DNA from: Eledone cirrhosa | Taxonomy: Eukaryota | Assembly: GCA_964016885.1 (NCBI GenBank) | Contig: OZ024752.1 | Location: 2,356,001-2,420,000 of the forward strand | Length of the DNA stretch: 64,000 nt | Reading direction: 5' to 3' | Shown: positions 27,894 to 40,930 of the stretch, piece after piece | How the letters are laid out: every line of letters starts with the position of its first letter | How positions within the stretch are numbered: position 1 is the first letter of the stretch | Position numbers and translations under genes: made by a program | Notes under the pieces: model-generated | What the model was told of the DNA's origin: nothing | What the model saw: the letters and a program-made list of their open reading frames with translations, nothing else | The model's database searches: none

Positions 27894-27955
27894 TTTTATC
27901 TGACGAGGACGTACTGAAAAAACAGCAGAGTACCTTCGAAATATATATAATAAAA
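27894..27955 (+). ncRNA. Type I minimal hammerhead ribozyme, predicted cleavage after 27949 (AUA)
   Basis: TTTTAT-CTGACGA-GGACGTACT..AGTACCTTC-GAAA-TATATA-TA-ATAAAA; intact core, helices I and II pair. Confidence 0.8.
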
Positions 27956-28985
27956 CATATTTTGATTATGTGAATGTCTTCATTTATTAATATTCTGAAT
28001 AATATTAATAACTGCAGAAAACTTCACTGTAGAGTGCTTTTAATCTATTGTAAAACTATATTCATTGAGTAATCAATGAACCATATTAATCTTTGGTTAT
28101 ATATATATATATATATATATATATGAATCACATACACTCACACACATTCACACACACACACATACTCACATCTATATATATATATGTGTATAAGTGCACA
28201 TGCACATGTATCTATATATGTGTGTGTGTGTGTGTGTGTGCGTGTGTGTGCGTATGTGTGTGTTTCAATGTCTATACATGGAATTGTTACGGTTATTGTT
28301 AAATAGAAATAATTCAAGACAAACAAATATTGTCTGATGTGATTATTCAAAAGCTGGCTCAACCAACTTTCAATCTATGTCTATCAGATTTTTCCCATGA
28401 AATAGCCCATTGGGTAATGATATTAATCTATCTTAATACTAGAACTTATACTGATCCAAAACTAAATTTCGAAGAGAGACGTTTATTTATGCATATGTAC
28501 ACGGGCATTTGTCTTATGTTCTAAAATTTGCAATCAAATTGCAAAACCAAGGCATTTGCAATTACAAAAGACTCACTTGCCTTGACATCCATCGGAAAAG
28601 AGATGCTGAAATATTCATAGAAACTGAAGTATACACACAATTCTAGATACACTCAATCATCGGTATAACGATTGTCACACCTAAATCGGAACTTATAAAT
28701 TAATATAAATGAAACGATTATCGCAACAACTAAAACTTTACATACTATATCTGTGTATAGGCAGATAACGCACACAGAAATACACAATGATGTACATGAC
28801 AACACAAACCTAACAGCAGATCTGGAAAGCAGGTCCCATTACTCGGAATATGCCCCCTCCCATACACACACATACACACACACACACACACATACAAATA
28901 CATACACATACACACACACATAAACATACATATATATATTATTTTATTCTTTTACCTACTCCAGCTATCCGGCTGAGACCATGTA

Positions 28986-29097
<112 letters not shown>

Positions 29098-29120
29098 GTA
29101 TGTATGTATATATATGTATG

Positions 29121-29196
<76 letters not shown>

Positions 29197-29199
29197 CAT

Positions 29200-29231
<32 letters not shown>

Positions 29232-29232
29232 G

Positions 29233-29292
<60 letters not shown>

Positions 29293-29308
29293 CATATATA
29301 TATATATT

Positions 29309-29590
<282 letters not shown>

Positions 29591-29597
29591 TATAAGC

Positions 29598-29653
29598 GAA
29601 CATTAAGATAGGAGGCTGGCTTGGTACCAAGCCAGCCTCCTATCTTAATGTTC
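29598..29653. repeat. Perfect 56-bp spacerless palindrome at the 5' junction of an RTE copy
   Basis: GAACATTAAGATAGGAGGCTGGCTTGGT|ACCAAGCCAGCCTCCTATCTTAATGTTC. Confidence 0.9.
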
Positions 29654-31095
29654 TCCAGAAACTTGCTTGCCCTGATAAGTTCCTTGCTTTAGTCAGGTCT
29701 TTCCATGACGATATGAAGGCTTGGGTTAATGTCGGAGGTAACATGTCGGAGGCTATCTCAGTAAAAAGTTGAGTGAACCAGGGGGATATTCAAGCAGCGA
29801 CCCTGTTTGCCATATACTTTGCAATGGTTTTCTGTATTGCATTCAGGAATTGAGAGCATGGTGTTCACATCTGATATCGAACCTCAGGCAGCATATTTAA
29901 CATCAGGCGCTTTGCTTCAAAAACAAAAGTATTTACATCAATCATAAAAGACCTTTTGTATGCAGATGATTGCGATCTTGTAGCGCACACAGATAGTGAT
30001 ATGCAGCACATTTTGAATGCATTTTCTGATGCTTGCACTGCCCTAGGATTGACTGTCAGTCTCAAGAAAACAGTCGTCATGTACCAACCTGCCGCTGGTA
30101 AGCAGTACAGTGAACCAAATATCTATGTGTATGGTAAACGACTTGGAGTGGTTGATCAGTTTGTCTACCTGGGAAGCACTGTCAATCGATACAGAAGCCT
30201 TGATAATGAAATCCCACTCAGGATTAGGAAAGCAAGTGATGCTTTCGGAAAGCTAGAAAGGCGACTCTGGGGTCGGCGAGACATATGCAAGGAGACAAAG
30301 GTAAAGGTGTACAAGGCATGTGTGCTCTCTTCTCTTCTTTATGCCTGCGAGACCTGAGTCACATATCGACACTATCTTAACAAATGAAGCGTTTCCATCA
30401 GATGTGTGTCAGACAGATCCATGGCGTTCACTGGAGGGACCACATCAGTGATGACGAGATTTTGAAAAGCTCTATGTTTGACAGTATAGAAGCACTTGTG
30501 CTTAAGCAACGTCTCCGTTGGAGTGGTAACCTTGCCAGGATGAAGGATTCTAGAATACCAAAAACAACTCTTTAATGGAGAGTTAGTTAAAGGAAAACTA
30601 CGGCCAGATAAACCAAAAAAGTGGTTTAAGGATTCCTTTAAACCAAAAAAGAGGTCTAAGGATTCCCTGCTGATACATGGGAAAATGTTGTTGCTGATCG
30701 TAATAAATGGAGAAATACTGTATATGGGGGGAAGTTGCCGTTGAGGCATCTCGAATCACATACGAGAAAGTAAAGCGGGATGGGAGGAAGGGCATTGCTA
30801 TTGCATTTCCAGACGGCGAAGATCCTGCCTAAGCAAAGCTAAACTCGAAAGTCATCTTCGCATTCATAAAGTAAGACCAGTGGTTGACTACCAGGCTGCT
30901 GTTGGAGATGCTACTCATCATGCTTGACAAGCATGTGGTAGAGAATGTAAAGAGGTCTTTAAGCGACATGCAAAAGTACACGAACCCCAACCACAGCCGG
31001 CTATTCCCAGTGAATGTTTTGGTTGCCGACTCTGTGCAAGACATTTTAGATCATTGGCTGGGCTAAAAAGCCACATTCGATCGCAGCGCCATTAG
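29654..31095 (+). mobile_element. 5'-truncated RTE/BovB-like LINE (RT with C-terminal C2H2 finger), disrupted
   Basis: CPDKFLALVRSFHDDM, LLYADDC, FVYLGS, SLLYACET, and CRLCARHFRSLAGLKSHIRSQRH*. Confidence 0.88.
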
Positions 31096-31101
31096 TTGTT
31101 A

Positions 31102-31145
<44 letters not shown>

Positions 31146-31240
31146 GTTTATGTGTGTGCGCGTGTGTGTGTATATATATATATACATATGTACATTATTG
31201 CTGTTGATGTTGGTGATGTTGTTGTTGTTGTTGTTGTTAA

Positions 31241-31355
31241 GGGCGGTGGATTGGCAGTATCGGAAGAGGGTCAGACACCATGCTTTGCCGCATAGAGTTA
31301 CGGCCCTTTCCATTCTGAGTTCAAAGCCCGCCGAGGTCAACTTTGCCTTTCATCC
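31241..31355 (+). mobile_element. tRNA-derived SINE, 3'-truncated
   Basis: GGGCGGTGGATTGGCAGTATCGG..GAGTTCAAAGCCCGCCGAGG..CCTTTCATCC. Confidence 0.85.
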
Positions 31356-31371
31356 GACCGTCTACGGATAA

Positions 31372-31491
31372 TGATAATAAAACACACTCACTATTTTGTT
31401 TGCATTGGTTTTCGCTTCTGTATATTTTATATCCCTATAGTTAATTTGGCTGGCAATCAATGTTTATCAACGGTTAAAAATACAGATATAA

Positions 31492-31500
<9 letters not shown>
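31372..31500 (-). mobile_element. Partial family C pseudo-LTR, inverted relative to the downstream PLE
   Basis: Reverse complement of parts of 32305-32725; matches 2405-2530. Confidence 0.7.
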
Positions 31501-31573
<73 letters not shown>

Positions 31574-32377
31574 TATCAAATTTTCATAAAGGGCCACATG
31601 TTTAAATTTAATGAGAAAATTTAGACACAGAATGAGGGGGCAGCCACTGGTGTCAGCACAGCAGGCGATGTTGCCGACCCATTTATGGTAATGTGGGAAA
31701 GGAGACATAGAGAACTCCTAGAAGAGAGCACCATATCCCTCGTCATGTACTTTTGTTACATACACGATATCAATATAGTAATTAAAAGACCCCTACAAAA
31801 GAGTACCAATTAACCCGAATTAGAAAATAACACAATGGTACGTATCCACCAGATAGCTCATTCCATACACCAGAGCATGACAGTAACTATTGATTACTCT
31901 TCCAAACGCCCTAACTACCAGTATTATATACAATAACTCAGCAATGTCTAATAGTGCTACGTTTAATATTCTGATCGCAGATGTAATAACAGTGATGAAG
32001 AATGTATCCCGCGTGTGCAATCCAACTGAAATGGAAAGACACATAGAACACTACATCAATCGCATGCAGTTCTCTGACAACAACCGAAGAGAGAGAATCA
32101 AAGAATACAAAGAAGCCACGGAGAAATATATGACCCTCATAAAAATGGACATAAAAGGAATTTGCCCATTGTACAGGAGTAAAACGCATGCGTAAAGAAT
32201 AAATAAATAAAAATGGAGTAGACATTAAAATGTAGCGGGGGGAAACATAATAGTACCACTGACGATGTCACAGGTGTTTGATGAAATAACTTATAGACTA
32301 TATATATGTATTTATATCTACATCTTTAATCGCTGGTCAATCAAACATAAACTCTAATTGCACGATAAATTAACTAT

Positions 32378-32648
32378 CTAAAAGTCTAAAGTCTGTCTTA
32401 CGCCAGCAGACACATTTGGCGGTGCTTATCCCGGTTTCATGGTGTGAAGTGACTGAGAGTACACGACTCCCCTTTGGACAGGACGCCATGCCACCTCCGG
32501 CTATTGCGTGTACTCATTTTCAGCTGAGTATACTGGAGCAACGTGAAATGAAGTGTTTTGCTTAAGAAGACAACACGCAACCCAGGTATCGAAGCAACGC
32601 CATTATGTTCGTAAGCCCAACACCTTCACCACTAGACCAGATGCCTCC
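32378..32648 (-). mobile_element. Second SINE family (tRNA head + CORE-like domain, octopus OR-like)
   Basis: Minus strand GGAGGCATCTGGTCTAGTGG..TTCGATACC..TTAAGCAAAACACTTCATTTCACGTTGCTCCAGT; TSD ATAAWTTAACTAT at 32365-32377 and 32649-32661. Confidence 0.82.
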
Positions 32649-32740
32649 ATAATTTAACTATACGGTTATGAAATATACAGAAGCGAAAACCAATCCAAAC
32701 CAAACAGTGAGTGTGTTTTATTATTATTTCTGGCAATATA

Positions 32741-32921
32741 GGGGTGAAGGGCGGTGAATTGGCAGTATCGGTAGAGAGTCGGACGCCATGCTTTCCAGCA
32801 TAGTTACGTCACTTTACGGTCTGAGTTCAAATCCCGCCGAGGTTAACTTTGCCTTTCATCCTTACGGGGTCGATAAAATAAAGTACCAATATTTGCTGGC
32901 CTTGTGCCAAAAGTAGAAATA
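32741..32921 (+). mobile_element. tRNA-derived SINE, full length with 18-bp TSD
   Basis: TSD ATTATTTCTGGCAATATA at 32723-32740 and 32922-32939; A and B boxes present. Confidence 0.92.
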
Positions 32922-32962
32922 ATTATTTCTGGCAATATAACGATATTACCCTTCCCAAATAT

Positions 32963-33022
<60 letters not shown>

Positions 33023-33093
33023 TAATACTTATTTTACGCCTCCTAAACAGACCAGCTCTACCTAGAAGAAACACACACACACACACACACATG

Positions 33094-33163
<70 letters not shown>

Positions 33164-33721
33164 TGTCTGTGCGCGTGAGTATGTCTGTGTGTGTGTGGAC
33201 GTGTGTATGTTTCTTCTAGGTATAAATTATCTGTTTAGCAGACGTAAGTATTACAACACAAAGAAAATACTGGACGGGCATATGATTAGAATAATTGAGT
33301 GGAATATGTAGAAGTTGTAACAGAAATAGATAGAGCGTGATATAAATGATAGAGGCAATAAGAGCGTGTGATAAAAATGCCGACGAAAATATTCTGTTAG
33401 ATGTTGATGAGTGGGAGGTTCGGACAATGACATTTCTTTGGCTATATCGAAAATGAAAGGAAATGGAAAAAAAAATTGAGCCGGCGATTAGATCATAGGG
33501 TTTGTTAAGAAATGATGACAAATGAAGAGAAAGATTGAGATAAAGTAAGTGTTTCGGTGAGGTATGGAAGATTGGACAGAAACAATTCCAGTTTATGTAT
33601 GCGGCAGTCATTGGGGAAATGAATACAATAAAAATAGCTTTGAAATACAGGAAAAAAACCATGTGACTCTCATTAGAATCAAATGCTCCGTGTAATGTGT
33701 ATTTATATACAATATATATAT

Positions 33722-34012
33722 ATATATATATAAAATTAGGTATGTGTGTTTGTGTGTATGTGTAATATCTATAGCGGCCTACATCTTACCACCCATTTTC
33801 ATGAAACTTTACAGGCTCTTAGATTAATCATCGGGAAGTGTGTTCTATATATCATCGTATCGTTTTTTTTAATTCTGGGGTCATTCTGCAGAGAAACATT
33901 AATAGGGGGTCACCATATTTTAGGTATCGAACATAACATTTTTGGCTCTAGCTCCCACATTTTGCCACCGATTTCGTTCAAACTTTAAAGCAAAATAGAA
34001 TTTATCATTGCA
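33722..34012 (+). mobile_element. 5' part of a second Helitron-type copy
   Basis: Colinear match to 25670-25966 (GCCTACATCTTAC..TTTTCATGAAACTTTACAGGCT..CCGATTTCGTTCAAA). Confidence 0.8.
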
Positions 34013-34059
34013 CATATATATATTATATATATACATATATTATATATATACATATATAT

Positions 34060-34197
<138 letters not shown>

Positions 34198-34199
34198 TA

Positions 34200-34232
<33 letters not shown>

Positions 34233-34256
34233 TATATAGATAATATATATATATAG

Positions 34257-34350
<94 letters not shown>

Positions 34351-34603
34351 GATAATATATATATATGTATATATATATATATTATATATATATTATATAT
34401 ATATATTTACACATATTATATATTATATATATATATATTATATATATATATTTATATATACACATATTATATATTATATATATATTATATATATATATAC
34501 ACATATTATATATTATATATATATATTATATATATACACACATATTATATATTATATATATATATATATATTATATATATATATGCATATATTATGTATA
34601 TAC

Positions 34604-34659
<56 letters not shown>

Positions 34660-34699
34660 TTGTAATAATAATAAATTTGAAGACTATATATAATGTAAT

Positions 34700-34815
34700 A
34701 TTACTTCAAAATATTAATAAATATAGACATCCATGTAATCAAATATATTTTATTATACCTATTTCAGAGGTAGTGAGCTGTTTCAACAGTACGTCCACAT
34801 CAGATAAAATAAATT
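34700..34815 (-). mobile_element. Pseudo-LTR fragment with core-mutated HHR (CTGATGT), related to the 26.5/27.9 kb arms
   Basis: Minus strand TATTTTAT-CTGATGT-GGACGTACTG..TACCTCT-GAAA-TAGGTATA-ATAAAATA (34746-34811). Confidence 0.7.
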
Positions 34816-34821
34816 GATGTC

Positions 34822-34915
34822 AGACATGGCAGCGATAATGAGGGACAGAGACCGCTGGAGAGAACTCGTCCATGGATCTCGGGAATTTTACCCGCCTTAG
34901 ATAGATAGATAGATA
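34822..34915 (+). mobile_element. Short 3' fragment of the 22.4-25.6 kb RTE family with (TAGA)n tail
   Basis: Near-identical to 25575-25652. Confidence 0.88.
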
Positions 34916-34924
34916 TATATATAT

Positions 34925-35880
34925 GAAACGTAATCCTGGTATGTGTATATGCATTTCTTCTTCTAACTTTAATTTTATACCTTATTGTGTATGGTGGGCG
35001 GTATATTTAATAGATTTGCACGTGCTATTGAAATGTTGGGTAAATATTCTATAGCGATTGGTGGCGAATAGATTGCTATCGTTTATTTATCTACTATTTC
35101 TTCATAGGTGCATTTTAATCTTATAGCCTTGTTTAGTTGATTTTTCGTGTGGTTGATTATGCTAATTGGGAGAGGAAATGGCGTATATATATTATCAAAT
35201 GATTCTATGGACATACTTTATAGTATATTGCTCTGATTATTTAATTTATTAATTCATCATTGACCCAAATCGTGAATGGTTGCCAAACCATAAATATCTG
35301 TGACTCTGTCTAGTTTGTGTTTATATAAATATTTATATTTAATAATCTCCCATAAGGTTGAGATGCAATTTGGACAATATTGGGCCACGCTTTCTAGCAA
35401 CAAGCACACTCGCCGTAAGCAGCTAATCACATTCTTTCTGACTTGACCACTGCAATGTCACAGTTCTTAGACATTTTGAATTTGTTTCTGGCGGGGATCA
35501 CTTAAGAAGATTCTTTGTCCATATGAGTTTGAAGCTCGAGAAGTTATCCTTGATAGGATATTTCCGAATGCGACCGAAACGTTAAGGGTAGAAACGTGAT
35601 CCTAGATGTGTATATGCATTTTTTCTTTTAACTTTAATTTTATACCTAATTGTGTATGGTTGAGGGTGTATTTAATCGATTTCCACGTGGTATTGAATGT
35701 TGAGTAAATATTTTATAGCGGTTGGTCGCGAATAGATTGCTGTCGTTTATTTATCTACTATTTCTTCATAGGTGCCTTTTAATCTTATAGCCTGGTTTAA
35801 TTGATGTTTTGTGTGGTTGATTATGCTAATTGGGAGAGGAAACGGTGTATATATATTATCAAATGATTCTCTGGAATACT

Positions 35881-35888
<8 letters not shown>
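34925..35888. repeat. Diverged ~300-bp direct repeat (34925-35226 and 35591-35888)
   Basis: Both copies start GAAACGTRATCCT and share TTATTTATCTACTATTTCTTCATAGGTGC and GCTAATTGGGAGAGGAAA. Confidence 0.8.
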
Positions 35889-35932
<44 letters not shown>

Positions 35933-35987
35933 CACATATACATATATATACACACACATATATACATATACACACATACACATACAT

Positions 35988-36034
<47 letters not shown>

Positions 36035-36139
36035 TATACATATATATATATATATACATATACACACACACATATATATACACACATACACATACACATA
36101 CACACATACACATATACACACGTATATAAATGGCTAAAC

Positions 36140-36216
<77 letters not shown>

Positions 36217-37383
36217 TAAAAAATATACATACATATATATACATATTGGTACGGACGTGCTTCACTGACCGTCGATATTTGAAATTTAAATCGACAGAAA
36301 TCGGTGTTTTGTATCGTCGTAATTTTTCAAAAGTCAAAGAAAACATAAAAGAGATAAGTTTTGTGTTCTTTGACGGGATTAATTTACGTATGCTAGCGTT
36401 TTAAATGAGTTTATATTCTCCTAAAAAGAACACACACACACGTGCTTTCTTTGTCTACCATACAGAGTATAGAAAGATAGTACGTAATTTAATTTATTTT
36501 AAGTAAATTTTGTATTATTTTGTTTTATTTTGAATAACATAATTTAATATAATTTTATTTTTATTTTAGACTCAGTGGGCATGTGTATTTGTTGTTGTTT
36601 TTGATATAATGTTGTTTTTGATATATTGATATTACAATAACTACGGTTCACTATATTCCCGTTATTTATATTTGTAGACAAACATACCTACATTTGAAAT
36701 CAACTTACATGCAACTTGTATACAACTTATATCAATCTTGGTAATTCTATATCTTTAATTTATTTGGGTTTCATTCGTTTAATGTATTTTTAATTTATTT
36801 TATTTTTATCTTAATTTTTTCTGTCTCCTTTTATAGTTCATGTTCATATCGTTTGTACCTCACTTTGTTTCGGTCTTTTAATCGCGAAATATTCTTTGAA
36901 CGATATTAATTATTAATATTTATAGTTCTCTTTAACCGCTCCTTTTCCTCTCTCTGCATTGTTATTTCTCACGCTGTCTCTCTCCTTCTTCCTCCCTCTC
37001 TATCTTTCTCTCTAGATCACACGAGCCCCCCCCCCTCTTTCTCTCTAAATCGCACCTTGAATTTCTCACCTGACTTACTTATCTCCCCCCCTCTCTCTCT
37101 GAATCCCCCCACTCTTCCAGCTATCACACTCGCTCCTCTCTTCTCTCTCTCTCCGTTCTTTCTTTTGTTTCTTTTTCCTTTTCTCTCTCTCTAGATCGCT
37201 CAAGCTCGCTCTCTCTTTTCCCCTCTAAATCCCTCCTTAAATTTCTCACTGGACCTATATTTCTCATTGTCCATCTCTAACCTCTAGCCCACCCCTCCCA
37301 TTATCTCTCTTTCTCCCCTCCACAGCAAAACGGACTGCATACAGGGAAGAGGTGAAGTTAGGCGTCAGCGAAACTCGTCAAAG

Positions 37384-38205
37384 ATGGAACTAGCGGTTTT
37401 GATCAATGGGTGTTGCCTGGCCGATGGGTCACCAACAAGCAAAAAGATTGAGGAGACCCTGAAGAGCCATGGGTTTCTGAGAACCCTGTTGCAGATAGAG
37501 CGAAAAGGAAAATAAGTCGAGAACGCATATGTCCTCATAGCACCACCTATGGCATGCTAAGCCGTGTGCTCAGGGAGCAGAAAGACGAAGAGAAAGGAGA
37601 CGAAAAAGAAAAGGAAGAAAGCACAAGCACGGACCTGAAAGAAAATGAGATACCCGCCGCAACAGTCAGGGAGGGCAGGCCGGGCAAGCAACAAGTAAAC
37701 GGTAAAGGTGAGAAAGGGAAATCACCGTCCGAAAGAGAACCAAGCGCAGAGGGACCAGTGGACAACTATTAAAAAAAGAACAGAAAGCACCGAGACACAG
37801 GGAGCAAGAAAACCCAAGTAATGTGCAAGTTCTTCAGGAACGGGACCTGCTGGCATTGAGGCACAGGGATGGGCTGCAGATTCGCCCACCTCAGGTCCCA
37901 AACGAACTATGCCCATCCTAATCGCGCAACTTGCAACAGCCAAAGCCAAAACAAGCCGCTCCAGAAGTATGCTGATGTCGCGCGTGCCGCGGCAACACGG
38001 AGAAGACATGCACATGCCGCCGAGACACAGATGGCAGCAGCAGTACTGAAACATATTCAGTGATGGCAGAGAAGATTGGTCGAGACCACCACAATTAAGG
38101 GACCCAGAGTGGCCGCCGCAGACACCAGACCAGTTGTCATACTGACAGCCATTACTGGCACTCCAAAAGTCATACCAGAGGTGCTGCTGAATGTCAGAGG
38201 CCTGG
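37384..38205 (+). mobile_element. L1/Tx1-like LINE 5' part: decayed ORF1 with CCCH-type finger and the first residues of ORF2
   Basis: ATG at 37384; K/E-rich segment; CKFFRNGTCWH*GTGMGCRFAH; YADVARAAA; VLLNVRGL (APE start); pyrimidine-rich leader with a two-copy repeat at 37005-37270. Confidence 0.6.
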
Positions 38206-38261
38206 TGAAACTCAGTAATATGATTTTCATGGGTATGTCTCTATTTACAAAACAAACTTTG

Positions 38262-38325
38262 TATTTTATCTGATGAAAGCGTACCAATGTTGTCTTGGTA
38301 CTCTTGAAATATATATAATAGAATA
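38262..38325 (+). ncRNA. Type I minimal hammerhead ribozyme in a family A copy (~38215-38372), predicted cleavage after 38317
   Basis: TATTTTAT-CTGATGA-AAGCGTACCAA-TGTTGTC-TTGGTACTCTT-GAAA-TATATATA-ATAGAATA. Confidence 0.82.
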
Positions 38326-38369
38326 AATATGGTTTTATAAATATAGTTTCCATTTATTTAATATCATTG

Positions 38370-38445
<76 letters not shown>

Positions 38446-38467
38446 ATATATATATATGTTTTTTTTT

Positions 38468-38502
<35 letters not shown>

Positions 38503-38533
38503 ATTTATATATATATTTATATATATATATATT

Positions 38534-38576
<43 letters not shown>

Positions 38577-38689
38577 TATATATATATATACTCATATATA
38601 TATATATATTATATATATATATACATATATACATATATATATTATAAATATATATATATATATATTTTATATATATATATTATATATAT

Positions 38690-39200
38690 ATGGAAAGTTA
38701 TATTTAAATTGTTGGGTTACAACTAGTAAATATTTATAACTGATATAAAAGCACTCGACAAATATTTGGAGTATATTTACAATATTAAATAAATGGAAAC
38801 TATATTTATAAAACCATATTTATTTCATTATATATATTTCAGGAGTTGGAATGGGAGTGGATTGGCAGTATCGGTAGAGGGTCGGACGCCATGCTTTGAC
38901 ACAGAGTTACGGCCCTTGCCATTCTGAGTTCAAATCCCACCGAGGTTAACTTTACCTTTCATCCTTACGGGGTCGATAAAATAAAGTACCAGTAATGCAC
39001 TGAGTAATTGCTGGCCTTGTGCCAAAAAGTAGAAACAATTATATATATTTCAGGGATAACATATTAACAATATGCTATGCCTTCCTCAGACAAAATACAA
39101 TATAAACAGTTTTATAGATAAATAGATTCGACATACCGTAACAACATCGACTTGTATTTGAAAAGGTTGAATTGGCAGTGAAAAAAATTGTACACAGAGA
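38690..39200 (-). mobile_element. Family A pseudo-LTR copy whose HHR (39038-39097) is interrupted by a SINE
   Basis: Minus strand CTGAGGA-AGGCATAGCATAT..ATATGTTATCCCT-GAAA-TATATATA; flanks match 29441-29590 and 60180-60312. Confidence 0.78.
38844..39037 (+). mobile_element. tRNA-derived SINE, full length with 17-bp TSD
   Basis: TSD ATTATATATATTTCAGG at 38827-38843 and 39038-39054. Confidence 0.92.
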
Positions 39201-39690
39201 GAAAGAAAGAGAGAAAAAAGAGAGAAAAAGGAAAGAAAGACAGAAAACGAAGAAAAAGAAGAAAAAGAAGAAATGCATGGAACAAAATAGAGAGATGGAA
39301 AGATAGATAAAGAGAAGAACTTCATGTAAAGAAACAGAGAGAGATATATATATATATAGAGAGAGAGGAAATAGAGATAGATACATATATATAGAAAACT
39401 AGGTAGTGGGACGTCTGTTGAGTAAACGTATCAATGATACATTTATTTATTTATTTATTTATTTAGCTCTAGTATTAATGTAAGGGAGATATATTTAATT
39501 AATATTGTATATTATATATATATATATTTTATTTATATATATTTTAAATATATATATATATTATATATATATATATATATTATATATATATATTATATAT
39601 ATATATATATATTTTATATATATATATTATATATATATATATATATTTTATATATATATATTTTATATATATATATATATATTATATATA

Positions 39691-39787
<97 letters not shown>

Positions 39788-39798
39788 ATATATATATA

Positions 39799-39846
<48 letters not shown>

Positions 39847-39849
39847 GGG

Positions 39850-40013
39850 TGTCCCTACATGTACACAATGTAAGAGGAAGACCAAGGTTAACGTATGTTG
39901 ATGCTCTAAGGACAGACACTGGTCTGTTGGAGACGCGGGCCATGGCAGCGATAATGAGGGACAGAGACCGCTGGAGAGAACTTCTCCATGGATCTCGGGA
40001 ATTTTACCCGGCC
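39850..40013 (+). mobile_element. 3' fragment of the 22.4-25.6 kb RTE family inside (TA)n
   Basis: Matches 25485-25650 ([27 protein letters not shown]). Confidence 0.88.

Positions 40014-40930
<917 letters not shown>

Larger units (their letters stand above)
26526..28005. repeat. Long inverted repeat (arms ~26526-26995 and ~27597-28005), PLE pseudo-LTR-like, one HHR per arm
   Basis: Arms are reverse complements over about 400 bp; ORF translations 26617-27009(-) and 27602-27868(+) are near-identical. Confidence 0.85.
31571..32970 (+). mobile_element. Penelope-like element remnant: decayed RT (31571-32195) plus pseudo-LTR with HHR-like motif (~32250-32301), split by two SINEs
   Basis: FKFNEKI*TQNEGAATGVSTAGDVADPFM, YIHDI (decayed YVDD), IAHSIHQSMTVTIDY, SAMS..NIL..RMQFS..GICPLYRSK are PLE RT/thumb-like motifs. 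Confidence 0.75.
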
